From Gnetum montanum (lineage: Eukaryota > Plantae > Gnetophyta), in NCBI GenBank assembly GCA_015680685.1, contig MNCI01002561.1, positions 6,087 through 70,086 of the forward strand: DNA of 64,000 nt. Direction: 5' to 3'. Positions 39,781 through 53,200 of this stretch are shown here, one piece after another. Within the stretch, counting starts at the first letter, position 1. The number at the start of each line of letters is the position of its first letter. The notes below the pieces were generated by a model that was not told the DNA's origin, ran no database searches, and saw nothing but the letters and a program-made list of their open reading frames with translations. The translations under genes were made by a program, and so were the position numbers.

Positions 39781-41229
39781 GGATGACAAAAAATTAATGG
39801 ATTTTTAGCACTAGCAATGACAACTATGGTAGCAATGGTAGCATAGGTGATGGTGAAATCAACCCACACAATAGGTGATGAGAAATTCAAAGGCAACACA
39901 AATAGTTGATGAGGGTTTTGATGAATTTCATGGTGGACTTTATGGACAAGGGTATTTTGTGGGTAATAGTGGTACAAAGAATGTTATCAGGTAAGGGTTT
40001 CATTGAGGCTAGGTAGAAAGCACTAGTTGGCATCATAGTGGTGATAGCAATGGCCTTTTTTGGTATAGCAATGGTAGGAGGTGAAGCTTAGGTGTAGCCA
40101 TAGGCACGACAATAGGGTAGTCATTGATGGGCTTACATCGCCTCATGGAAGGCATTGCAAGCCTTTATAGTGGCTACACTGGCCCTTGTAGGGTCATTCA
40201 ATAGGAGGAAATGAGGTTAGGAACAAGGCAAGGTTTTGTTAGCAAAGGCACAACAATAGTTAAGGTGCAGTAATGGTGGTAGGTGTCAAGGTTTGAGAGG
40301 TGCAGTGTGGGGTCAGGCTACCCCAATATGGGCCAGCATGACCCCCATGCAGGGCTATGTGGCCCTTGATGGGTCAGTGTGACTCTAGGTACAGTGACAC
40401 GACCTAGAATTTTAAAATTTCATTATTATTATTATTATTATTATGAAGGTAGCGGTTGATGTAGCAACATTGGTTGGAGTAGGTAGAGTGGTGACAAGTA
40501 GATGGTAATCAATGGTGCTTGAGGTTTTATGTAGTGTGTGAAGTAGTAGAGGTGGTGGTGATGGTAGTGCATGTACCAATAGGTGAGAAAGGGAAAATTA
40601 CTTGCTATAAGAACTAAATGAGTAGTACTATCTAAGACATTTTCAATGATACTAATTTCATCACAATCCGACTTATGGTTTGGGTGATACAATGTTTCTT
40701 GGGTTGCATGTAATTTAAAATTAAAAATTCTTTTTTATTTTATTTTTAAAATTTAAATTTAATTTTATAAAAAAAATAAGGGTGAGAGAGCATCAGGTCA
40801 TGGGTTCAAACCTAAGCCTCCCTCCTGATTTAGGAAAAAGCATTTTAATTTGACTTATTAAAAAACAAATCCTAACCCTAAGGGAAGGCTACAACCCAAT
40901 GGTCAGCCTGCATTGCCCCTTTTGGTGCACCATGGACACCACCAGCACTAGAAATTGCTGCCCCTTCTAGTGCCCCATGTACACTGCCTACATTGGAAAT
41001 CATCACCACCTCCAACACTATTAAAATTGCTATCCTCACACCACTAAACAAGGCTACATGAATCCTAGCAAAGGTAGCATAGGCCCTGCTTGGGCCATGT
41101 TGACCCTAATAAGGTCCATGTGAGCCCAAGATAAAATAAAATAGTGAGAGGGATGCACAAGCCTAGTGCCATAATTTTCCACTAGCATTGTAGTTCACCA
41201 CTACCTACCACAACATTGGCTAGTGAAAA

Positions 41230-42382
41230 ATCCAAGAATGAGAATTGAAGTTGTAATATATAACATGCTTAAAAGATCACTAGCGAGTAAGAAATAATAT
41301 CTACTATGTCCACCATAGACCTTGGACTAGCATGAGTATTGATACCCATGCATCATAGTAGCATTAAAAGATCTAGATGCTAATGTCTTATGCCTACAAG
41401 AACTCTTACCATGGAAATTTCTATACCAATTCCAACTAGACTTAGGAATGATGGGATATAGAGAAATTTATAAGTAACAAGGTTATTATGGAAGTTCTTC
41501 TTTGAGCCATATAAATTACTGTATTGCAAAAATCATAAGATGGATGTTTGAATAATTTTTTTATAAAGAATCCAAGTTTTAATTAGTACAAAGATGTGAA
41601 TGGAGCTTAGAGGATATGATTTTTGAAATTCTACAACTTCAAGTGATGGGAAAGAAAGAATGACCAAGATTTCAAAAAGGTCACATAACTTTGGTAGTGA
41701 TACTAAAAATCTAGTTATCTAAAATATATGTATGTATGGTTAATACACATTTAATTGTCAAATCAACATGTCCAAATGTTAGATTATGTTAGGGAGCATA
41801 TGTGATTAAGCAAATAAAGGAATGTTTGAAGAATAAGTTATTCCTAAGATATACTAATCTAGTTCCATTTGTTCTTTGTGGAGACTTCAATGTGAAAGTT
41901 GGAAGTAATGTTTATTAATTCTTAGAATATGGATGTATAAAAGAATCTTTGGAAGATGAACTCGATTTGAAGAAGATGCTTTCATGAATTCAACATATAA
42001 TTTCATTGGCTAGTGCATATTTTGCTTCTTCAAATCTTCTATAGATAAATCAGATCCCAGAATTTAGGAACAAATGATGTTGATGGATAGTACTCATTAA
42101 GAACCATAGTTTACCAATCACTCTACTATGATTAATGAGGATGGATCAAAAACATTCTTCTTTAAGACTCTAGATTATATTTGGTATGATGTCAAATTAT
42201 TCCAAGTTACCAAGTTACTAGAGTTAATTTCTAAAGAAGAAGTGAAGAAAAATCAACATCAAGACCTTCCATCTCAAATAAGACCATCTAATCATATACT
42301 TATGGCAGAATTACAATTACTTCCATCAATTCATAGGGTTGATCAAATCAGAAAGTATCCCATCATTACTTTTTATTTATAA
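41230..42382 (+). pseudogene. Intronless CCR4/nocturnin-family deadenylase pseudogene, copy 2
   Basis: Motifs DANVLCLQEL, NTHL, VLCGDFNV (41872-41895), TLDYIWY and RPSNHIL; colinear with copy 1. Confidence 0.88.
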
Positions 42383-42789
42383 TCTTATTATTTTCTTCAT
42401 TTTTTAATTTACATTTTAATTAGATAAGTAAAATTTCTATGATAATGCAAGTTATAAATAAGAATTTACCCTAACTTCACTTGTATAACAAGATATGAGT
42501 TGCACTTTGTGTGACCTTGGTTAGGACTAGTGATTGGTGGCTGGTAGATCTCTAATTCACCTCTTGTCATTATCATAGAAAATGAGGTAAGTATTAATAA
42601 ATTAATATTTAAATTCTCATATATTCTTGTCACATATATTTTTTTTGCGGAATAAGCAAGAAACAATTTCAAGTTTAAAGGAGAAATCAAATTATTGGAG
42701 CATAAAATCATAAAAGAAGTACTAGAGCTAGAAAATGAATAGTGAATGTGGACTTGTTTGAGGACAAATGAAACCTAAGGGGGGTAGAT

Positions 42790-43361
42790 TGTAATGTCCC
42801 CATTTATAAATGGTGCTAGTACACAATGAATATGGTGCCTCTTCCAAATAGATGTTATTGTTATTGTAACAAGACCCAAAAGGGTGTGTTGTAATTAAAA
42901 CTGGAAAGGGTGCATTGTAATAATAGGCATGTTTCTTGAGGTGATCTTTGGAAGTTTGACTGAAGGCATTTATACTTGGACTTAGAGGTTATGCTAGCAT
43001 GGATTTTTGGATCCAGTAAAGGTTAGTAATAGGAGGTGGATGTAGTGGGATAAGAAGTGGACTAGCCATCCCTTCTAGCTAGTTATAGGCCTAACCGTGG
43101 TGGTAGTGCTGGATTGCCTCTATGGGAAAGATGTCGAAGGAAGAAAACCCCAAGGAACACTCTCATAGCATGATCCAAATACACTATTCCACATCAATAA
43201 AGCATTATTTCCTATTTTCTTATGCATTTTCCCTATTATTTCCTTTACACATAATGTCGAATGTCACATATATTTGATGTTTCTTACACTATTGTCTTAT
43301 GACTAATATCTAATATAACATATATTTGATGTTTTATATGACATATGGGAGTGATGTCACA
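42790..43361 (+). repeat. 3' LTR of CCR4 element copy 2
   Basis: TGTAA...GTCACA after the PPT; homologous to the reverse complement of 2190-2796. Confidence 0.87.
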
Positions 43362-46300
43362 CATGATTTTACTAAATTTAACATGCTTAGAATGAAAATG
43401 TTTTGAAAATAATGAAAACCTTTCTACATGATAAAGAAGGAAAATTCATTTGATCTTCTACATATGGATCTTATTAGGATAACTCTCACTATTTCAATAG
43501 GAGAAATAAATTATTTCATAGTCATAGTAGATAACTATTCAAGATATACTTGGACTTACAAATTGAAGAAAAAGAATGAAGCCATAAAATAATTTGAAAC
43601 TTTCCATAAACTAATTAAAATTTCCATTAATATTAAGATTAAAACCATCAGATCAAATAAAGAAGGTGAATTCATAAACAAATAATTTGATAAGCTATAT
43701 AAAATAAATGGTATCTTTGATAAAATCACAAGTGTATATAGCCCACAATCAAACATAGTAGCTGAAAGAAAGAATAAAAAAGTACAAGACATGGTAATAT
43801 GCTTACTAAAGCATGCTCAATGCCTAACCAATATTAGAGTATGGCCATCATAGTTATTTGTTACATTTCTAATTGAATCATCATCAAAATAAATGAAGAT
43901 AGATATCTATATGAAGTTCTATATAATATAATTCCTAACTTGATTCATATGAGAATATTTGAATGTCAATGCTATGTAAAGGCCCTAAAACAATTCATTG
44001 AAAAACTTGAAGATAGAGGAAAGAAATGGATCTTTCTTAGTTATGATTCTCACACCAGTGGATATAGGTACTACAACCTAATGAAACAAAAACGACATGT
44101 TTCAAGTGATGTTATAAAAAGGTTATTGATTGTAAGTGGTTGTACAAAACAAAGAAAGATAAAAAGGAGAGTCACAACACATAAAGCAAGACTTGTGGGA
44201 AAAGGGTTCAAACAAACAAAACACATTGACTATGAAAAAATGTTTACATCAATGGCCAGATTTAAAACCATCAATCTCATTCTCTCCATAGCAATACATG
44301 AAGATCTAAAGGTTCAATAAATATATGTCAACTCAACATTTCTAAATGGATACATAAAAGAAGAATTATACATCTAAAGTAATTCCATGAAGCAAAATAA
44401 TTTCTTGGTTATTATGACTTCATAATAAATAACCTAATAAAATTTATATTTTTTAAAATCTTATAAATTTATCTATAATTTGAAAATAATAAGTACTACA
44501 AAAGATATCTATAAGATAAGGCTATGTTAAGTTTTTGATAATAAAAAATCATGGTAATTTTAGTAGTGTGATTTGAGAGATAACAACTTAAATGTTGCTG
44601 AGTTTCTGATATGAAAATTTTAACTCTTTCAAAGATATTAACATTTAAATAAATCTATAATCACATCAAATTATTGTAAGATGAGAGAAAAATAATCTAA
44701 TCATTTTCCATTATTCATTCTAGAAAAATTTGAGGATTGAAAAATTATACCAAATCTCAAAGCTAATGTTTGTCAATCCACAATAGATATTATGATGAAA
44801 TTTTGTTTAGTCATAACCACATATTCTAGCTTTCAAATAAATATATAATAACTAAAAAAATATTATGAAATGACTAAGATATGATTAAAATAGTGAATTT
44901 TCCACAATTTTGACTATTCAACTTATAATATTGAGTAAATAATGATTAATGATGTTGATGAATTGATGAATTTCTAAAATATTTATAAATTGATGATGAA
45001 ATAGAAAAACTATTGTTGAAATTGCATTGATGATTTCTCAATAAAAATTTCCAAGACATGCCTATATATATATGTGTGTGTGTGTGTGACAAGTAAGACA
45101 AAGTTTACTAAAGATAACACAATATCGCTTGAATGATAAAATAACCCTAAAAGCTATATATATGGATTGGGGCCAAAATAAAACTATAGCTACTCATCAA
45201 TCCAAAAATTTTCTATATTTTATTAAAATAAAATCTTGTTAAATAAAAATAATAAATTATTTTCTTTTACCAAAAAAAAATCAACAATCCCTCCTTAGAG
45301 TGGAAGGCAATCTTCATTCTTCCTCTTTACTTTCTTCTTTCTTTTTCATGCTCTAAATTCTTATACATTCATTAAGAAACTTGATCCTTCCTTCACTTAT
45401 TGCTTAATGAAATAGTATTTGATGTCAATATGTTTGGACATTTTGTGATGCACATAGTCTTGGGATAGTTGGATTGCTATAGTATGGTCACAATACAAAT
45501 TTTTAGGAAGATCAACTTTAAATTCTAAGTGTAAGAGAAGTTTATTTAGTTAGATTATGTGTTGGAGGCATTTAGCCATGGTAATAAATTTTGCTTCACA
45601 AATAGGTAAGCTGATGAATGATAGTTTCTTTAATTTCCAATATATAGGATTTTTTCTATGCACAAGGAGAGCTCATAATGTGGATTTTGTATCATCATTG
45701 ACTCCTACCCAATCAAAATCTAAATATACATGAAGCTTATTATCTACTTTATTGAATTGAATCCCAAAGATGTAGGTTTCTTTTATATACTTTAGAAGAT
45801 GTAAAACTACTTGCAAGTGAGATTTTCTTATGGTCTAATGTGGTAGAGAAACTAAAATGATCCAATCATGGTTCTATACATGATTGCATCTATGAGAGGA
45901 GTCTTATCGTTGCTAGTTAACTTTAAATTGTATGGTAAAGGACTATTGACTACCTTCTTATTTTATAGATTGAATTTTTTAATGATAGAATTTGCATATT
46001 TGATTTGCTGAATATTCATTGTCTTCTCATTTTGGTTCACTTTAATTCCTAGGAAGTATTTAAGTTCTTCAATATTGTTCATTTTAAATTCAATTTTCAT
46101 GTCATTCTTAAAATCTTCTACTATCCTTTTATTGGTGGTAAAAAAGATAATATCTCTACATATAGTGATATGATGATGAGTTCATCTCTTTCCTTCTTCA
46201 AATATAGTATTGGTTAAAACATGCAATTTCGATAATTTTTTCAAGTGATATAGTTATTAATTCTCTAAACCATGCCCTAGGTACTTACTCTAGGTCATAT

Positions 46301-47263
46301 AGAGATTTTTTGAGTTTTTACACTTTGCTTTCTTTTCCTTTAATAACATAACCTTCAATTTGGTAGATGTATACTTCATCTTTGATGTATGTATTTAGAA
46401 ATGCTATGTTGGCACCTATTTCTTAAATATTTAGATCTTTATGTGTTGCTATGAAAAGAGTGAGCTTGATGCTTTCAAATCTAGTCATCAGTGCAAATAT
46501 TTCTTTATAGTCAATGTATTTTCTTGAATCCTTTTATTACAATTCTTGCTTTAGATGTTGTGACTTCTCCTTTCTTACTATGCTTTGTTTTATATAAACA
46601 CTTATAATCAATAATGATCTTGTCTTTTCATTTTTCCACTAATTTCAATGTGTTATTTCATAGGATGATATTGTACTCTTTATCCATGGTTTTTTTTTCC
46701 AAACTTTTAATTTCATGGCTTCATTGACATTTGTTGGTTTACTTGAGACTGTTAAATATGTCATATTTGTAATATTGTGAGATCTTGTGATTCTTCATTT
46801 AAAATATGTATCCAACATTTTAGTGCAAGGATGGTCTCTTTGAATCTAATTTTTTTTCTATTTAAAAAAATGACTTGTACTAAACTTTGTCTCATCAAAT
46901 ATAACATCTCTTAAAATGTGTCATTTCTAATTTATTAGGTTGTAGCACTTGTATCCATTGGTGTGTGAATCATAACCAAGAAAGATACATTTCTTTCCTT
47001 TATATTCAAGTTTTTGAATGAATTATTTTAGGATCTTTTCATCGTAATGACACTCAAATATTCTCATGTGACTTACATTTAGAATTTTTTCATATAGAAC
47101 TTCATATGCAGATTATTATTTATTATTTTTTATGATGATTCGATTAGAAATGTAGGAAGTAGCTATGATGGCTGTAATTCAATATTGGTTAGGTAATGAG
47201 GCACTCTTTTGTGAGCATTCTGTTATGTCTTGTATTTTTTATTTATTTTAGCTATTTAGATCT

Positions 47264-50200
47264 TGATGAGCGATGAGCTATCCCTACACTCAAGCATACG
47301 AATACAAGCATACACGCATGATCCGGTCAAATTTCAAGGACTAAGTGCCTATGCGCCTTATGGAACAAGGATGGGTTGGTTGATCGTTGTCTTCCCAAAC
47401 TTACTTGTATGTCACAATTGTATGGTTAAGTAAGCTTAAGGCACATGATTTTTATAGCTTTTATGTTTTATATCTAGTGCTAGTAAGGGAGGAGAGAGAG
47501 ATAACTAAGTGATTAAATTAACTTAACTACTCATTAACTAGACTTTGATTAATCCTAATACCAGTATATGTTTCACTTACTTTACACATCTTAAACCAAT
47601 GCAACACTACTGGGATTACCAAATGCTAATTGTTACTAGGTCACCAAGCGTTACACACATGCTTGAAGTGATCGTACTAAGTGTATTTACTTAGGAGAGT
47701 TGTAGGGTGAGAGAGGGAGAGAGAGGGAGAGAGAAAATTAATTAACTAAGAAAGTATTTAATAACATCAATTAACACTAATTAATCTATTCTAGATGCTA
47801 CAAGGTTTATCATAAAGTTTATATTTATTTCCATACACAAAGTGTGCTTAGGTACACCATGCTCAAATAAAGATCCGTTCACTTTATGACTTCTACTATG
47901 GGCACACAGAAATAATTTTAACTCTAGGCAGGAGAAAAGGTAAGAGTTTGGCTAAGGGACTAACTATCTATTGCAAAACCAAATGCACCTACCTCTTATT
48001 ATAGGCAAGAAGGCAGGCCCCCATATTGGGTATCCAACATTGCATGGTAGGCTCTGATATGGAAGATGTGATATTACCCTTTATGCCCTTTATGCCCTGA
48101 CAAACCCAAAAAACAAAGAGTCCGTAGGCTCTAGGAATGTCATTTGGAAACAAGAGTTAAGGACTTACCCACAAGAATTTATCAAAGAAAAACAATGCAT
48201 CAACCTAGAAATGAACCAATGATAAAACTAGAAATGAGGTGGAAAATGGGAAGAAACATGAAGAGGAGAGAATGGAATGGAATCCAAAAAACAAGGTTGT
48301 GTAAAGTCCCTTGTGTATTTCATGGTTAATGTGACTGAGTAGAACTCATCCCAAATCCAGACTCATAAAAACCACATTTAGTGACCTTACATCAATACAC
48401 CTGGCCAATCCATCCTCTTGAAGCAACAAGAATGGCCCCACAAAGAGTGACCACCATCCCAAGGAGAGCGAGATGGAGAAGAAGGAAGCAAGAAAGGGCC
48501 TTAGTTAGAGGGAACCTTTAGGCATGGTTAACATGTCTTTCTAGTGCCATAACCAATGCTTGTAGCCCATATTACTTTATTATGTCTAAGGGGTGTGCTT
48601 TGAATTCTCACTTTTTTTCTGTGAGAACCACACCATGAAAAGACTTATTTTTATTCACTCAGCTTCCTGATATTTGAACAATGTCAGAATGGCAAAAAAT
48701 CCAAGAAAAAGCATCTAAGAATCCAAGAGAATAGCCAGTACAAATGCATCAAATCCCCTTGAAGTCACATCCTTTTCATCCTTTGAGTCTTTCCTTAGTT
48801 TAAAAAATACCCATCTATCAATTTATGAACAAGTTTGCTTAGAAAAAGAAACTATACAGTTCCAAGCCAAAGGAAACCAAAGAGTTGTATGGATGAGTGG
48901 ATGACGTGGACTCATTACCTATTTTACCTAAAGAACTATACCTTAATATGAACATCATAATTCAAAGGTAAAAACCAAACATTAGCAATCAATATGATAT
49001 AATTCAATTCACTATCATGAGCACTTATTGGATGATGAAGAAAAGTAAATTAAGCAAACAAAGAAATGGTAAAAATATGAATGATGGTATAAAAAAATAA
49101 GAAAAGTTGGAAAAATGTTTAAAACAAAAACATGTAAAACAAAAATGTGTAAAAAAAATTCAAAAAGAATTGAGGGCTTAGAATAGTTAGCATAGGTGGC
49201 CATCTCCCCCATAATTGAGTTGGAAGGAGGAGATCCAAAATAATGAGCAAGGTTGTCCATCAACAAAGGTAGCATGTGCATTGGTTGTCCTAAGCTCATG
49301 GAAAGGTTTGGTTTGTTGCACGTTGACCAATAGTTTCCTATTTGGGCTCTCAGGTTTGTATATTGTCATGGTCCTTGAAGGAAAAGTTGCATAAATAATA
49401 TAAGATCCTTCCCATAGTGTTTGAAATTTAGTATGTTGTGGCACATGTGTGGGATTCTAGTAGAGAACCTTATCTCCTGGTTGATATTTAACTTTCCTAG
49501 TCCTTAGGTCATGACGCTGTTTATTGAATGCCTTATGCAATTCGTTAGATGATAGGGTAGCTAGTCATTTTTTTCTAGCAAGTTACCATTGTTTCTGTGC
49601 TAGATCAAGGTCAAGGTTGATGTCACATGTCGTGGATAGTGTACAAAGCTCCATTTGAATGGGAAGAGTTGGTAATTTACCATACACTAAATCATAGGGA
49701 GAGTAGCCTATAGGGAGTTTCCATGTGGAGCGGTATGCCCAAAAAGCATCATTCAATTTAGTGCTCCAGTTTTTCCTAAAGTTGCTAAATAGTTTTGGTT
49801 CATATTTTCATAATCTCCTTGTTGGTGACTTCATCTTGACCATTTTCTTGGGGGTGGTATGGTGTTATTAGTTTGTGTTCAACCCCTAACTGTTGCATTA
49901 ATTTTCAAAACGTTGCACCTATGAAGTGGGTATCATTGTCTGAAATAAGTGCATGAGGCACACATAACCTTTTTATGATTTTTTGCTAAACAAATCATGT
50001 AGCTATAGATGATGTAGAATCCTTAACGGTAGCTGATTTGGCCCATTTTGTTAGGTAATCAACAGTAACAATAATATAAGCTTTCTGATTGGACATTGGT
50101 GTAATTGGTTCCATAAAATCAATTCCCCAAATGTCAAACGGTTCTAACGGTTGGATCCATTGTTGTGGACCCTCCATTCTAGCAGTCATTCCCCCATCAT

Positions 50201-53200
50201 ATTGATAGCACTTACAAGATTGGATGAGTTAATGGACATCCCAAACAATGTAGGCCAATAATATCCCACAAGAAAGATCTTAATGGTTGTTCATCTCCCA
50301 GCATAATGACCCCCACAAGGACCCTCATGAGCATCTTAGAGAACTCGTAGTTGATCTATATTAGGAACACACCATCGAACCAAGCTATCGAGGCACACTT
50401 TGTAAATTTTCCCATTGATCTCGATAAAGTACTTGGCTTGGTGAAGAAACTGTTGTTTCTTCTTAAGGTTTAACTCTTGTGGTATTTTTAGGGTGAGGAG
50501 ATAGGTAAGAATGCTATTTTACTAGTTTTCCTTCATAGGTGATTGATTATTCACTACACCAGCAAAGAGGAATTCATAGGGAAATAATTAGAAATTAGAT
50601 ACTCATCCTCTTTTTTTTCCAATCGCAACCGAGATAAATGATCAGCAACTATGTTCTTGGTGCCTTTATGATCAATCATCGTAAGATCGAACTCTTGTAA
50701 GATTACAAGCATTCGTATGATACAAGGGCTTACCATTGGCTTATTCATGAGGAACCGGATCGCACTATGATCTGTATGTATATATACTTTATATCCCAAT
50801 ACATAGTGTCTATTCTTTTCTAGTGCAAACACTACAGTCATTAATTCCTTCTCTGTGGTAGTGTAGTTAAGTTGTGCACCAGTGATACTTCTACTTGCAC
50901 AATGGATGTAATAAGGATGCTTCTGGTCATCGTACTATGTAAGGATGGCTCCTAAGGCATAGTTGGACATGTTAGTCATGATATGAAATGGTTTGGACTA
51001 GTTAGGAGCTTGTATAATGGGTGTTTCTACTAGCTTCTACTTCAGAAGTTGGAAAGCTACTTCGCATTCCCTAGTCCATTTGAAGGATACGTCCTTTTTT
51101 GTTAATTCCTTCAATATTTGGCAACTTTTGAAAAGTTCTCAATAAATCTCCTATAGTAGCCAGTGTGTCCAAGGAATGATTAAATGCTTTGATAGTTTCT
51201 AGTTGATGGGTAATTCCTTGGATAACTTTGATTTTCTTGGGGTCTACCTCTATCCCTATGTATGAGATTTTGTGCCCTGGTACTATGCCTTCTTGGATCA
51301 TCAAGTGGCTTTTCTACTAGTTGAGCCTCAAATTGGTTTCTACACATCTTTTTAGCACTTGCTCTAACTAGTTCAAGGCTTTATTAAATTTTTCTCCATA
51401 AGTGGAGAAGTCGTCCATAAAGACCTCCACACCATTTCCTATTTGCTATTGGAATATTCTTAGAAGTAGTCATTCAAATGTTGTAGGCGCATTGCACAAG
51501 CCAAATGACATCTATTTGTATGTAAACATTCCCCAAGGACTGGTGAACATAGTCTTGGCTTGGTCTTCTAGAGCTATTTGTATTTGGTTATATCCACTAT
51601 ATCCTTGTAGAAAACTATAATAGCAATGCCCTATGATGGTGTCTAAGACTTGGTCAAAAAATGGCAATGGAAAGTGATCTTTGAATGTTTCCATATTCAG
51701 TAGCCTAAAATCTATGCACACCAAGCATTTGCCTCGCTTTTTAGGCATAATAACTAAGGGGCTAACCCATTCTCTATCAGCAATGGGATATATGAACCCA
51801 GCCTTGAGAAGTTGTTTGATTTCTTTCTTAACTACTTTCTTCAACTTTGGGTTCAAACACCTCTGCGGTTGTCTTTAAGGCTTCATGGAGGGGTCGGTGT
51901 AAATCCTATGTTGGCATATCCTAGGATCTATTCTAGTTAATTCAGGATATGACCAAGTGAAGGCTTTCAATCATCTATTTATCACTTTCAGCAGTTTCTA
52001 TTTTTGTTGCAGAGCAAGCTTATCATTAATAATTATCAATTTTCCATTTTAAAGAAACATGTATTCCATACCGGTGGGAAATGGTTTTAGCTCAAGGGGC
52101 TCCTACTTAACTTTCTCATGGATTTTGAACTTCCCTCAATTAATATTTTCAAGGTTAAGACTTGGAAGTTGGCGGTGGACTTACTCTAATGCATCTATGT
52201 TGTCAATGTAAGTGCAAGTTAAACCCTCAGTTGGTTACATGCATATGATTGAATTGCTTTCTTGATCAGCTATCAGCCACTGGGTGCCTTCTTATTGTGT
52301 GGCTACCACATACAGGCATCTTTGTATGTTGATAACCTGTGCACACTAATTGCATTCAGGCAATGTTAAACTTTTCACAACCCATGACCTTTGCATGTAA
52401 GTACACCCTGTGTCACTGTATGTGATGCATGGAACTTTATTTTTCTTGATCTTTTCAAATGTGTTTTCCTTTGATATTTCCAAGGAAAGATAGCAGATTC
52501 CTAGGCATGTGTTGACAGTGCTTAACCATGCTCTTCTCATTATGATTGGGAAGTTCCCCTTACCATTGTTTACTTGAATCACTAGGAAATTAGCTGGGTA
52601 TGACCACCCACAAACAATGGTAATAATATCCTCCACTAGTCCCAATGGGATAGTGATGGACTGGTTGGCCAGCTCTAGACGAATGTTGCTTTTTTTCAAT
52701 GGAGGTAGGTCCCAGGCCTTATACATTTCTTGAGAAATCAAGTTAACACTAAAACATAAATCTAAACGAGCCTTGCATGGTTCATTTCCAACAATTTGTG
52801 AGTATATCAAAAGACTCCCAGGATCAGAGAATTTCCTAGGAAGATGGCCAGCTTTAATCCAATCGGTGACAACATGTGTTAGCATGACCATATGCATTGA
52901 GTGTAGTGGTTGAGTTGAAGGAGGCTCTGAAGTTTTGATTGATGCTGAGGCATCTAAAGAATTAACTTCTTGTGATTGCAAGGGATTGGTTGGACTACTA
53001 GTTCTAAAGAAAGGTCTTTTCTTCATGTGGTTGTTAGAACCAATAGTAGTTTGAGAGTTAATAGCCCTTGTGGCATTACGTTGTTGTGGTTGGGTGGGGA
53101 TTTCACCCTACATAGCTAGAGTAGGTGGTAATGGAGCTATTGGTGGAAGAGATTTGGCCAAATGAGAAGGATGGTATGTTTGTGAAACATCGCCCCTAGG

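Larger units (their letters stand above)
37400..43361 (+). mobile_element. Non-autonomous LTR element, copy 2 (CCR4/5S family), internally rearranged
   Basis: 5' LTR start 37400-~37615 matches the 3' LTR 42790-43361. PPT cctaaggggggtagat at 42774-42789. TSD CATGG/CATGA (37395-37399, 43362-43366). Confidence 0.85.
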
